Below, in pieces: positions 29,180 through 40,300 of a stretch of 64,000 nucleotides of DNA. Position 1 is the first letter of the stretch, and every line of letters starts with the position of its first letter. Source of the DNA: Candidatus Omnitrophota bacterium (GTDB lineage: Bacteria > Omnitrophota > Gorgyraeia > Zapsychrales > Zapsychraceae); NCBI GenBank assembly GCA_015233115.1, contig JADFYJ010000001.1, forward strand, positions 131,084 to 195,083. The letters are read 5' to 3'. Below the pieces are notes generated by a model. The model ran no database searches. It was not told the origin of the DNA and saw only the letters and a program-made list of their open reading frames with translations. The translations under genes and the position numbers were made by a program.

Positions 29180-31183
29180 GTGGAGATTACGAATTCTAGT
29201 GAAAATGTTTTTTCTATAGTGTTTCCTGATAAATATGATGATTTTGGTTCACATGTAAAAGAACTTGAATACAGACCGCAACAGATAGCTTTTACTAAAG
29301 CGGTTATGGATTCATTTGCTAATAAAACTCATTTACTGGCCGAGGCTGGAACAGGAGTAGGTAAAAGTCTGGCGTATTTAGCCCCGGCAGTTAAATGGGC
29401 TAAAGATAAAAAAACAAAAGTGCTTATTACTACACATACAAAAACTTTACAGGAACAGTTGATTGATAAAGACTTGCCTTTTCTAAAGAAAACGGTAGAT
29501 TTCGATTTTAAATTTGAATTATGCGTGGGATCCGGAAATTTTATTTGTATTAGACGTTTTTTGAAGAATATAAGAGTATCTCTATTCCCGGATAATAACG
29601 CAAACCGGATTAAGCAGCTTGAAAAATGGATTAATCAAACCTGTACGGGCCTAAACTCCGATTTGCCTTTCGAACCAGAACATTCTTTATGGTATCAAAT
29701 TAATCGTGATTCTGAAATTTGCCATGGCCGCTCTTGCGAATACTTTAATCAATGTTTTTATTATAAGAGGAAAAAATTAATTAATGACGCGGATATTCTG
29801 GTCGGCAATCACCATTTATTTTTCGCTAATCTTGCTTCGGGTAATAAAGTTTTACCTCAATTTGATGCTGTGGTGTTTGATGAGGCGCATACTCTGGAAG
29901 ATTCTGCTGGCTCATTTTTAGGTAATAATGTTGCAAATTTTCAATTTGATTATTTGTTGGATTCATTTTTTAGTGCGAAAAATAAATCAGGATTATGGAA
30001 GTCTGTTAAAAAGTTAAAGCAAAAACAATTTGATGAAGGGGTCTCTTTACTGGAAGCAGTTAAAAATTATTCGGATTCGTTTTTTTCGGAAATAATTTAT
30101 GGATTGATTGATAAAGAAGGAAAAGCAAAAGAAAGCAAAATACGAATCAAAGAGAAGCTTTCAATTCCAAATTGCATAGATTTGCCTGCTCAAAATCTTA
30201 TTAACTTTTTAAAGGGAATAATGGGAAATTCCAGCGAAGAGAGTTTGGCGGAAGAGATAGGCGTTTTTTGCTCAAGATTAATGGTGCAGGTGGATGTAGT
30301 TAATTCGTTTTTAGCGCATTCATTATCTGATTACGTTTATTGGATTGAGTTTAGGGATACGAAGAGAGGAGTCAGATGTTCGTTAAATTATGCGCCGTTG
30401 GATATTTCGGAGCAATTCAGGAGTAAGGTGCTAGATGAAATTACTCCTGCGCTTTTTGTATCCGCAACATTATCGGTAAATAATTCTTTTGATTTTCTTA
30501 AGAAAAATCTTGGTTTTCAAGAAGCAGTGCAGGAGTTGATTGTGGATTCGCCATTTAATTATCAAAAAAATGCTATTATGTATGTGCCGAAGAATATGCC
30601 TGATCCTTCGGATGAAGATAGCGATTATTGGTCAAAAGCTCTTGAGCAGGTTAAGTTAATAATCGATCGGATGAAAGGACGTACATTGGTATTGTTTACA
30701 AGTTATTCTGCTATGAAAAGAGCCAATTATGTTTTGAAAAAAGATTATCCTGAATTGGAAATTTTATGCCAAACGGAAAAGCCGCGATCTATTCTTATTG
30801 AAGAATTTAAAAAGGGAGACAATACAATTCTTTTGGCAACGAATACTTTTTGGCAAGGCATTGATATTCCGGGTGAAGACTTGAGATGTGTTGTGGTATG
30901 GAAATTGCCTTTCTTAGTGCCAGATGATCCTTTTGCGGAAGCAAAGATGGAGCTTATTAAAAAGAATGGAGGCAATTCCTTTTATGAATACCAAGTGCCG
31001 CGGGCAATTACGATGTTAAGGCAAGGTTTTGGGCGGTTGATTAGAACAAAAGATGATATTGGAATTGTAGCTGTTCTTGACCCGAGAATTTTGACTAAAA
31101 GTTATGGCGCGCGTTTTGTTGGTGCTTTACCAAAGTGTCCAATCGTCAGTGATTTTGATGACGCGATGAAAATTTTCGATTAG
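28988..31183 (+). CDS. DinG/YoaA family Fe-S DNA helicase (native start probably near GTG 29180)
   Basis: YRPQQ Q-motif, EAGTGVGKS, Fe-S Cys residues, DEAH, SATL, LFTSY, FWQGIDIPG, QGFGRLIR. Confidence 0.9.
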   Translation: MQYLLIEDNIDQYVPVDKKEYEEIVQAIAAHKKDAVLNIRVNRFDLDNIIKKSKKMGVKYQTFIVEITNSSENVFSIVFPDKYDDFGSHVKELEYRPQQIAFTKAVMDSFANKTHLLAEAGTGVGKSLAYLAPAVKWAKDKKTKVLITTHTKTLQEQLIDKDLPFLKKTVDFDFKFELCVGSGNFICIRRFLKNIRVSLFPDNNANRIKQLEKWINQTCTGLNSDLPFEPEHSLWYQINRDSEICHGRSCEYFNQCFYYKRKKLINDADILVGNHHLFFANLASGNKVLPQFDAVVFDEAHTLEDSAGSFLGNNVANFQFDYLLDSFFSAKNKSGLWKSVKKLKQKQFDEGVSLLEAVKNYSDSFFSEIIYGLIDKEGKAKESKIRIKEKLSIPNCIDLPAQNLINFLKGIMGNSSEESLAEEIGVFCSRLMVQVDVVNSFLAHSLSDYVYWIEFRDTKRGVRCSLNYAPLDISEQFRSKVLDEITPALFVSATLSVNNSFDFLKKNLGFQEAVQELIVDSPFNYQKNAIMYVPKNMPDPSDEDSDYWSKALEQVKLIIDRMKGRTLVLFTSYSAMKRANYVLKKDYPELEILCQTEKPRSILIEEFKKGDNTILLATNTFWQGIDIPGEDLRCVVVWKLPFLVPDDPFAEAKMELIKKNGGNSFYEYQVPRAITMLRQGFGRLIRTKDDIGIVAVLDPRILTKSYGARFVGALPKCPIVSDFDDAMKIFD

Positions 31184-31321
31184 TAGTTTTAAAATAATTT
31201 TTTGTGCGTTGCATGTGCATGTGCGGTGTATGTTATTGACTTTAATTGCTCCAAATGTACAATGAAAGTGTTTTTTCAAAGCAGATATAATAAGTAAATT
31301 TTATTTTTGAAAAGGAAATTA

Positions 31322-32881
31322 ATGGCTAAGAAACTAGTAGAAAAACAAAAAAGCATTGAAGTTGCTCTTTGGGAATCAGCCAATAAATTACGAGGCAGTG
31401 TAGAGCCGGCAGAATATAAGCACGTTGTTTTAGGATTAATTTTTCTAAAATTTGCCAGTGATAAATTCGAAGAGCATCGCAAAAAGCTTATTGCTGAAGG
31501 CAAAGAGAAATATATTGAAATGGCCGACTTCTACAATATGAGTAATGTGTTTTTCTTGGAAGAAACCAGTCGATGGAGTTATCTCATTAAAAAATCGAAA
31601 CAAAATGATATTGCCTTGCTTATTGACACGGCTTTGCACACCATTGAAAAAAATAATAAGGCTTTGAAAGGGGCATTGCCTGACAATTACTTTTCTCGTC
31701 TGGGTTTGGATGTTACCAAATTGGCTTCTCTGCTCGATACCATCAATGACATTGACACCACCAAAGACCCCAAGCAGGATGTAGTAGGAAAAGTATATGA
31801 ATATTTCCTTTCCAAGTTTGCACTAGCTGAAGGCAAAGGTAAAGGAGAATTTTACACACCTAAAAGTATTGTAAACCTGATTGCCGAAATGATTGAGCCT
31901 TACAAGGGCATTATCTATGATCCTGCTTGCGGTTCGGGTGGTATGTTTGTGCAGAGTATCAAGTTTATTGAAGCACACCACGGAAATAAAAAAGAAATTT
32001 CCATTTACGGACAGGAATACACCAACACCACTTACAAACTGGCAAAGATGAACCTTGCCATACGGGGCATTGCCGGAAACCTTGGCGAAAAAGCAGCCGA
32101 CACATTTGCAGACGACCAACACAAAGATTTGAAAGCCGATTACATTATGGCAAACCCTCCATTTAACCAAAAAGACTGGCGTGGCGAAAAAGAACTTCTG
32201 ACCGATCCGCGTTGGCGTGGCTACGAAGTCCCGCCCAAAAGCAATGCCAATTATGCCTGGATACTCAATATGGTGAGCAAACTATCCGACAATGGCGTAG
32301 CTGGTTTTATCTTGGCAAATGGCGCATTGAGTGGCGGTGGCGAAGAATATAAAATACGTCGGAAGCTGATTGAAAATAATTTGGTGGAAGCGATTTTAGT
32401 ATTGCCTCGAAATTTGTTTTACACCACAGACATTAGTGTAACGCTTTGGATTTTGAATAAAAATAAAAAAGCACAAAGCAAAAATATGGGCGATGAAAAA
32501 CGTCAATACCGTGAACGAGAAAAGAACATTCTGTTTATGGATTTGCGACAATTAGGTGAGCCTTTTGAGAAAAAATATACGCAGTTTTCTGATGAAGATA
32601 TAAAGAGAGTAACATGCACTTACCATAAATGGCAAAGTTCCCAAATTGAGGACATACCAGAGTTTTGCTTTTCTGCTTCATTTGACGAAGTAGCTAAAAA
32701 AGATTTTTCTCTTGTACCAAGCAAATACATTGAGTTTGTAAACCGGGACGAGAATATTGACTTTGACGAAAAAATGCAAAGCCTACAAAGCGAGTTTGCC
32801 GAACTGCTTAAATCCGAAGTGGCTTCCAAAAATGATTTACTAACCGTATTTAAAGAGTTGGGCTATGAAATCAAGTTATAA
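31322..32881 (+). CDS. hsdM: type I restriction-modification methyltransferase subunit
   Basis: GEFYTP, YDPACGSGGMF, ANPPFN. Confidence 0.96.
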   Translation: MAKKLVEKQKSIEVALWESANKLRGSVEPAEYKHVVLGLIFLKFASDKFEEHRKKLIAEGKEKYIEMADFYNMSNVFFLEETSRWSYLIKKSKQNDIALLIDTALHTIEKNNKALKGALPDNYFSRLGLDVTKLASLLDTINDIDTTKDPKQDVVGKVYEYFLSKFALAEGKGKGEFYTPKSIVNLIAEMIEPYKGIIYDPACGSGGMFVQSIKFIEAHHGNKKEISIYGQEYTNTTYKLAKMNLAIRGIAGNLGEKAADTFADDQHKDLKADYIMANPPFNQKDWRGEKELLTDPRWRGYEVPPKSNANYAWILNMVSKLSDNGVAGFILANGALSGGGEEYKIRRKLIENNLVEAILVLPRNLFYTTDISVTLWILNKNKKAQSKNMGDEKRQYREREKNILFMDLRQLGEPFEKKYTQFSDEDIKRVTCTYHKWQSSQIEDIPEFCFSASFDEVAKKDFSLVPSKYIEFVNRDENIDFDEKMQSLQSEFAELLKSEVASKNDLLTVFKELGYEIKL

Positions 32882-34058
32882 ACCTTTGGGCAATTACATT
32901 CAGGAAGTTAATAACCGTGACAGAGATAAAACGGTTGATTTACTTTTGGGTGTAAGTATTCAAAAAAAGTTTATGCCTTCCATTGCTAATACCATTGGAA
33001 CGGATATGTCCACTTATAAAATTGTAAAGAGAAATCAATTTGCATATGGGCCTGTAACCTCACGAAATGGAGATAAAATTTCCATTGCTTTGTTGGAAGA
33101 TTATGATGACGCGATTGTTTCGCAAGCCTATTCACCATTTGAAGTAAAAGATGCTAATGAACTTTTACCCGAATATTTGATGATGTGGTTTCGTAGACCT
33201 GAGTTTGACCGTTACGCAAGGTTTAAAAGCCACGGGAGTGCAAGGGAGATTTTTGATTGGGAAGAAATGTGCAATACGCTTTTGCCTGTTCCCCACATCA
33301 CCAAACAACGCGAAATCGTAAAAGAATATAACGTCATCCAAAACCGCATAGCCCTTAACCAGCAACTGATACAAAAACTCGAAGAAACCGCACAGACCAT
33401 TTACAAACAATGGTTTGTTGATTTTGAATTTCCCGATGAAAATGGAAAGCCGTATAAAAGTAATGACGGGAAAATGGTTTGGAATGAGGAATTGGGCAAG
33501 GAAATTCCGAAAGGATGGGTGGTTGGGAATCTATCTGAAATTGCGACTATTATTATGGGGCAATCACCAGAAGGAGAAACTTATAATAAAGAATGTAAGG
33601 GAATGATATTTTACCAAGGTAGAACTGATTTTGGTCATAAATTTCCTGACATTACAACTTACACAACACACCCAAAGAAAAAGGCTTTGAAAAATGATAT
33701 CCTGATTAGTGTAAGAGCTCCAGTTGGCGACTTAAATATTGCAATAGAAGATTGCAGTATTGGACGAGGGATTGGAGCATTAAGAAGTAAATTGAAATGT
33801 AATTCACATTTATTTTATCTGCTTCAAAAATTGAAATCTCAATTTGATATATCTGATGGAGAAGGAACAATCTTTGGTTCAATTAATAAGGATGATTTGC
33901 ACAATATGGAAGTGATTTATTCTGAAATTTTCATTAAGAAATTTGAAATAATCATAAGGCCTATTGATGTAGTAGTTAAAAATTACAGTATTGAAAACCA
34001 AAGGCTATCCGAACTGAAAGACTTGCTTCTTTCTAAATTAGCGACAGTAGAGAACTAG
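32865..34058 (+). CDS. hsdS: type I restriction-modification specificity subunit
   Basis: two TRDs separated by the conserved helical spacer LEETAQTIYKQWFVDFEFP...EIPKGW; C-terminal LKDLLLSKL. Confidence 0.93.
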   Translation: MKSSYKPLGNYIQEVNNRDRDKTVDLLLGVSIQKKFMPSIANTIGTDMSTYKIVKRNQFAYGPVTSRNGDKISIALLEDYDDAIVSQAYSPFEVKDANELLPEYLMMWFRRPEFDRYARFKSHGSAREIFDWEEMCNTLLPVPHITKQREIVKEYNVIQNRIALNQQLIQKLEETAQTIYKQWFVDFEFPDENGKPYKSNDGKMVWNEELGKEIPKGWVVGNLSEIATIIMGQSPEGETYNKECKGMIFYQGRTDFGHKFPDITTYTTHPKKKALKNDILISVRAPVGDLNIAIEDCSIGRGIGALRSKLKCNSHLFYLLQKLKSQFDISDGEGTIFGSINKDDLHNMEVIYSEIFIKKFEIIIRPIDVVVKNYSIENQRLSELKDLLLSKLATVEN

Positions 34059-34061
34059 AAT

Positions 34062-36278
34062 ATGATTGAATCAATCACTATAAAAAACATTGCTACTTTC
34101 GATCCCATAAATGGGGTTCAAATTGATGGACTAAAGAAGGTAAATTTTTTTTATGGCGCCAATGGTTCTGGCAAAACAACTATTTCTAATTTGTTGCACA
34201 ACCCATCGGACATCCGATTTAAAGACTGTTTAGTAATCTGGAAAAATTCCTTACCCACTAAGCCTTTGGTTTACAATAAAGAATTTCGAGAGAGAAATTT
34301 CGGAAAAGGAAAATTACCGGGAATCTTTACGCTTGGGGAGGCCACAAAAGAAGAGAAAGTATCTATTGAGAGTAAAGTTGAACAACTTAAATTAATTAAA
34401 GCAGATATTGAAAGAATAAAGAATTCTTTAAGCGCGCAGACACAAAAAAAAGAAACATGCGATGCGGAATTCAAAGAGTTTGCTTGGACAAAAATATATA
34501 AAAAATACGAAGATGTTTTTAAAGAAGCTTTTGTTGGTTCAATGAAATCAGGAGACCTTTTTAAAGGCAAACTTTTAAAAGAGTTTGTAAACAATAAAGA
34601 AGTTCTGAAAACCTATGATGAGTTAAGGGAAAAAGCTTCGACCATTTTTAGAGAAACGCCTCGCAATATAAGTCCGATAAATAAAATTGATTTTGAGCGG
34701 ATTGTCGAAATTGAAAAACATGTGCTTTTGAAAAAGATAATTGTTGGTAAAGCAGATGTTAATATTGCAAAGCTCATTCAAAAACTTAATATAAATGATT
34801 GGGTAAGTCAAGGTCGAGCATATATTCAGGACGATAAAACATGCCCTTTTTGTCAACAATCCACTATTACACAAGAATTTAAAATCCAGCTTGAGAGTTT
34901 TTTTGATGAAGCATATTTGAATGATATTAATTCTTTTAAAGCATTAAAACAGGAATACAACATATTAATTCTAAATGTAATCAATGAATTAAATAACGTT
35001 GAAACAACGCAGAAAGAATTTAAAAACTCAAAATTAAATATTGATAAATTTTCTTCATATCTTAAGACCTTAATAAGCCAAAATACTACAAACTTTGAAT
35101 ATTTAAACAATAAGCTTAAAGAGCCTAGCAGAAGTATTGAATTAGTGCCTCAGAAAGAACAACTTCGACTCATAGTTGATTTAATTGAACATGCAAACGC
35201 TGAAATAAAGAAACATAATGACATTGTTGCTGACTTTAATAATCAGCGAAGCAACCTAATAAATGCAATTTGGAAGTATCTAATCGAGGAGTTCAAAGGA
35301 GATATTGAAAAGTATAATTCAACAAAAAAGGGCATTGAAACGGGAATCACATCGATTGAGTTACAGTTAAAAATCATAGTAAAAGAATGTCATGATTTAG
35401 ACCTTGAAGTTAAGAAACTGAGTAAAAATGTCACAAGTATCAAGCCTACAATTGATGAGATTAATAGGCTTTTAAAATCTTATGAGTTTCATAATTTTGA
35501 AATTGTTCCAGCTACAGAAGAGGGGTTTTACCAAATTGAAAGAGGAGATGGCAGTATAGCGGAATCCACCCTTAGCGAAGGCGAAATAACATTCATAACG
35601 TTTTTGTATTATTTACAATGTGCAAAAGGTGGAACATCAGAAGAGAATGTGAATGAAGAACGCATCCTTATTATTGATGACCCAATTTCTAGTTTAGATA
35701 GTAATATATTATTTATTGTCAGCACTTTGATAAAAGAAATTTTAAAAGAAGTAAAACTCGATAAAGGGAATATCAAACAAGTAATATTATTAACCCATAA
35801 TGTGTATTTTCATAAAGAAGTTTCTTATGAGGGTTTGCATAGAAAAGGTGAAAAGCCATTATTTTGGATATTGCGAAGGAGCCATAAAACATCAGCCATT
35901 CATCCTTATTTTGAACAAAACCCTGTTCAATCTTCTTATGATTTGCTTTGGCGTGATATAAAAGAATGGGAAAAGAATTCAGGTACTACAGTTCAAAATA
36001 CAATGAGAAGAATTCTTGAAAATTTCTTTAGCATTTTAGGAAGCAAGCGAGATGATTTTTTAATTAATAATTTTACAACACAAGAAGAAAAAGAAATTTG
36101 TAGATCTCTTCTAAGCTGGATAAATGAGGGTTCACACACACTGCCGGATGATTTGTATGTGGAAGCTCCAGATGGCATAATTTCTAAATATTTAAAAGTG
36201 TTTAAAGATATATTTAAACTCACGAAAAATATTGGTCATTACAATATGATGATGGGTATTAGCGATGAAACGGAATGA
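34062..36278 (+). CDS. RloC-like ABC-ATPase (AAA_13) with zinc hook and C-terminal HEPN-like domain
   Basis: GANGSGKTT, CPFC within a coiled coil, LSEGE, IDDPISSLD, LTHN, NTMRRILE...SWINEGSH. Confidence 0.85.
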   Translation: MIESITIKNIATFDPINGVQIDGLKKVNFFYGANGSGKTTISNLLHNPSDIRFKDCLVIWKNSLPTKPLVYNKEFRERNFGKGKLPGIFTLGEATKEEKVSIESKVEQLKLIKADIERIKNSLSAQTQKKETCDAEFKEFAWTKIYKKYEDVFKEAFVGSMKSGDLFKGKLLKEFVNNKEVLKTYDELREKASTIFRETPRNISPINKIDFERIVEIEKHVLLKKIIVGKADVNIAKLIQKLNINDWVSQGRAYIQDDKTCPFCQQSTITQEFKIQLESFFDEAYLNDINSFKALKQEYNILILNVINELNNVETTQKEFKNSKLNIDKFSSYLKTLISQNTTNFEYLNNKLKEPSRSIELVPQKEQLRLIVDLIEHANAEIKKHNDIVADFNNQRSNLINAIWKYLIEEFKGDIEKYNSTKKGIETGITSIELQLKIIVKECHDLDLEVKKLSKNVTSIKPTIDEINRLLKSYEFHNFEIVPATEEGFYQIERGDGSIAESTLSEGEITFITFLYYLQCAKGGTSEENVNEERILIIDDPISSLDSNILFIVSTLIKEILKEVKLDKGNIKQVILLTHNVYFHKEVSYEGLHRKGEKPLFWILRRSHKTSAIHPYFEQNPVQSSYDLLWRDIKEWEKNSGTTVQNTMRRILENFFSILGSKRDDFLINNFTTQEEKEICRSLLSWINEGSHTLPDDLYVEAPDGIISKYLKVFKDIFKLTKNIGHYNMMMGISDETE

Positions 36279-36285
36279 TATAAAA

Positions 36286-36320
36286 ATGAAATTTACCGAA
36301 GAAAAACCAGAAAAGGCTTT
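36286..36320 (+). repeat. degenerate duplicate of the first 35 bp of hsdR
   Basis: ATGAAATTTACCGAAGAAAAACCAGAAAAGGCTTT versus ATGAAATTTACTGAAGAAAAATTAGAAAAAGCTTT at 37322 (31/35). Confidence 0.8.
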
Positions 36321-37325
36321 ATGAACAGCGAAATCCTCATCTACCAAAATCCCGATGGCAATATTAAAATTGATGTGCGCTTGGAAGAAGAAACTGTTTG
36401 GCTTACACAGGCACAACTATGTCAACTATTCCAAAAATCTAAAGCTACCATCAGTGAGCATATAAAAAATGTGTTTGAAGAAGGAGAATTAGATGCTGAG
36501 GCAACTGTTCGGAAATTCCGAACAGTTCAAGCTGAGGGTAGTCGAGAGGTGCAAAGGGAGATTGAATATTATAATCTCGATGTAATTATCTCGGTCGGCT
36601 ATCGGGTAAAATCGCCACAAGGCACACAGTTTCGAATTTGGGCAACACAACGATTGAAGGAATACATTATCAAAGGTTTTGCCCTGAATGATGACCGTTT
36701 CAAATCCGGTAATTCAATGAATTATTTTAATGAACTGCAAGAACGCATTCGGAAAATAAGGCTTTCGGAACGCTTTTTCTACCAAAAAATAAAAGATATA
36801 TACACCACAAGTATTGATTACGACCCCAAAGACGAACAGACCATTGAATTTTTCAAAATCATACAAAATAAATTGCTTTGGGCAATCAGTAGTCAAACAG
36901 CCGCCGAATTAGTTTATCGCCGGGTGAATGCGTCTTTGCCTTTGCTGGGAATGCAGTCGTATGATAAAGAAAATGTTGTTGCTGTTAGAAAATCAGATGT
37001 AAGCATTGCTAAAAATTATCTGAGTGAAGATGAAATAAAACTTTTGGGATTGTTGGTAGAGCAATATCTTGCTTTCGCAGAAACTATGGCACAGCAACGC
37101 ACTCCGATGTATATGAAAGATTGGATTGAGCGTCTCGATATTATTCTCAAACTTAACGGTAGAGAATTGCTTAATCACGCTGGTAAAATTAACCATGAGC
37201 TCGCATTAAAAAAATCAGGTGAAGAGTATGAAAAATATTTATCGGCTCAAAAAGTATTAGAGAAAGAGCAAAGCCTGAAAGAATTAGAAGCAGATATAAA
37301 AAATTTGAATCGGGGAAAAGAATGA
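36321..37325 (+). CDS. virulence RhuM family protein
   Basis: ETVWLTQAQL, YNLDVIISVGYRVKS..GTQFRIWA, IRLSERFFYQKIKDIY. Confidence 0.92.
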   Translation: MNSEILIYQNPDGNIKIDVRLEEETVWLTQAQLCQLFQKSKATISEHIKNVFEEGELDAEATVRKFRTVQAEGSREVQREIEYYNLDVIISVGYRVKSPQGTQFRIWATQRLKEYIIKGFALNDDRFKSGNSMNYFNELQERIRKIRLSERFFYQKIKDIYTTSIDYDPKDEQTIEFFKIIQNKLLWAISSQTAAELVYRRVNASLPLLGMQSYDKENVVAVRKSDVSIAKNYLSEDEIKLLGLLVEQYLAFAETMAQQRTPMYMKDWIERLDIILKLNGRELLNHAGKINHELALKKSGEEYEKYLSAQKVLEKEQSLKELEADIKNLNRGKE

Positions 37326-40300
37326 AATTTACTGAAGAAAAATTAGAAAAAGCTTTTATTGAGTTGTTGGGAAATGAAAATTTTCCGCATCATTTGGGTA
37401 AGTCTATTACTCGCACTGTTGATGAAGTATTAATTGAAGAAGATTTATTAAATTATCTTCTTAGTAAATACGCAGACAAACAACTCACTGTAAACGAAGC
37501 TAAATCAATTATTCTTCAACTTAAAACATTACCAGCGTCTGATCTTTATGAAAGTAATAAAACTATTATGCGATGGTTGTCAGATGGGTTTATTTTAAAA
37601 CGGGAAGACCGTAATCAAAAAGACATTCATATTGAGTTAATTGACTACGCGGGTTTAGATGCTCAATTTGTTAGCCCTGATTTAGATGCGGTTATAGCAG
37701 AACCTCAAGTGAGATATGGTAGAGATTATAATATTTATAAATTTGTTAATCAGTTAGAAATTGTTGGAAATGAAAAACGAATTCCCGATGGAATTATTTA
37801 TATTAATGGTCTGCCTGTAGTGGTGTTTGAGTTTAAAAGTGCCATAAGGGAAGACTCTACTATTTTTGATGCTTTCAATCAGCTCACCATTCGTTATCGT
37901 CGGGATATTCCTGAATTGTTTAAGTACAATGCATTTTGCATCATTAGTGATGGAGTAAATAATAAGGCAGGATCTTTTTTTGCACCTTACGAGTTTTTCT
38001 ATGCCTGGCGTAGAGTTGCAGGTTTGGCAAAAGATGTTGATGGTTTTGATAGTATGTTTACCTTGGTGCAAGGCATGTTCAATCAAAATCGTCTGCGTGA
38101 TATTATCCGCAATTTTGTTTATATACCCGATAGTTCTAAGAAAAATGAAAAAATTGTCTGTCGCTATCCGCAATATTACGCCGCTAAATGTCTTTATGAC
38201 AGTATTAAATTAGCTCAAAAACCAAACGGTAATGGTAAAGGCGGAACATACTTTGGGGCAACAGGCTCAGGAAAAAGTTATGCCATGCTTTATTTAACGC
38301 GCTTATTGATGAAAAGCATATATTTTGAAAGTCCAACTATTGTTTTAATTTCGGATCGAACAGAGTTGGATGATCAATTATCAGGACAATTTACCAATGC
38401 TAAAAAATTCATTGGCGACAATACCATTGTAAGTGTAGAAAGTCGCGCTCATTTGCGCGAATTGTTGCAAGGTCGTCAGAGCGGTGGGGTGTTTTTAACC
38501 ACCATTCAAAAATTTACCGAAGATACAGAATTGCTTACGCAACGAACCAATGTAATTTGCATATCGGACGAAGCTCATCGCAGCCAAATAAACCTCGACC
38601 AAAAAATTAAAGTAACTTCCGCAGGAGTTAAAAAGACTTTTGGTTTTGCCAAATATCTGCACGATTCATTACCTAACGCCACATTTGTTGGTTTTACAGG
38701 CACCCCGATTGATGCAACGCTCGATGTTTTCGGTAAAGTGGTTGATGCTTACACTATGACCGAATCTGTGAAAGACGAAATTACTGTTCGTATTGTTTAT
38801 GAAGGCAGGGCAGCCAAAGTAGCATTAAATAACAGCGAACTCGAAAAAATTGAAAAATACTACGAAGAAGTAGCTGAAGCAGGAGCCAACGAATACCAGA
38901 TAGAACAAAGCAAGGAAGAAACCGCCAAGATGAATGCCATTTTAGGCGACCCGAAACGTTTAAAAACATTGGCCGAAGATTTTGTAAAGCATTATGAACT
39001 TCGTATTTCTGAGGGTGCAACCGTAAAAGGCAAAACCATGTTTGTATGCAGCAGCCGCGAAATTGCGTATGATTTTTACAAGAATGTTATTGCTCTACGT
39101 CCTGAATGGAACGAAGTAAAAGTGGCTGCTGATAATGAAGTTTTGACAGAGGAAGAAAAGAAAAAAATAAAACCAATGGAACGAATCAAAATGATTATGA
39201 CCAGAGGTAAGGACGACTCAAAAGAATTGTATGATTTATTGGGTACAAACGATTACCGTAAAACTTTAGATGTTGAGTTTAAAAATGAAAAAACAAATTT
39301 CAAAATTGCCATTGTTGTTGATATGTGGCTCACGGGATTTGACGTTCCGTTTCTTGATAGTATTTATATCGACAAACCAATTCAGCAACACAATTTGATT
39401 CAGACCATATCGAGAGTAAATCGTAAATTTGAAGGCAAAAACAAAGGTTTGGTAATTGACTATATCGGTATTAAAAAGCAGATGAACCTTGCGTTGGCTA
39501 AATACAACAAAGGCGACAAGGATAATTTCGAAGACATTGAAAAATCATTGATTGTTGTCCGCGACCATTTGGATTTGTTAGCAAAACTGATGCATAAGTT
39601 CGACACTAGTAAGTATTTTTATGGAAGTACCATTGAACAGCTCAATAATTTAAATATGGCTGCCGAATATGTGCAGAAAACTAAAGAATTCGAAATACGT
39701 TTTATGGGTTTGGTAAAACGATTAAAAGCAGCTTACGACATTTGTGTCGGCAGTGAAAAATTGACACAAGTCGAAAGAGATTATACTCATTTTTATTTGG
39801 CTGTGCGTTCAATAGTTTTCAAACTAACCAAAGGCAATGCCCCTGACACCGCACAGATGAACGCCAGAGTTAGGGAAATGATAAAAGAAGCCTTACAAAG
39901 CGATGGTATGCAGGAAATTTTAAAACTTGGTAATGAAGACGAAAGCGAACAAGACCTGTTTGATGAAAATTATCTGGCAAAAATTGACAAAATTAAACTA
40001 CCAAACACCAAAATTAAATTGCTTCAGCAATTACTTGCAAAAGTAATTGGTGAAATCAGGAAAGTAAACCGAATAAAAGGGATTGACTTTACTAAGAAAA
40101 TGCAAGCGCTTGTTGAACAATACAACCAGCGTGATGAAAATGACATTCTGAGGAGTGAAGTTTATGAGGAAATGGCAGAAGCTTTAACTAACATGATTTG
40201 GGATGTACATAAGGAGTTTTCAGCAGGTGAGGCATTGGGGATTGATTTTGAGGAAAAAGCCTTTTACGATATTTTATTAGAACTTTGCGTTAAGTATGAT

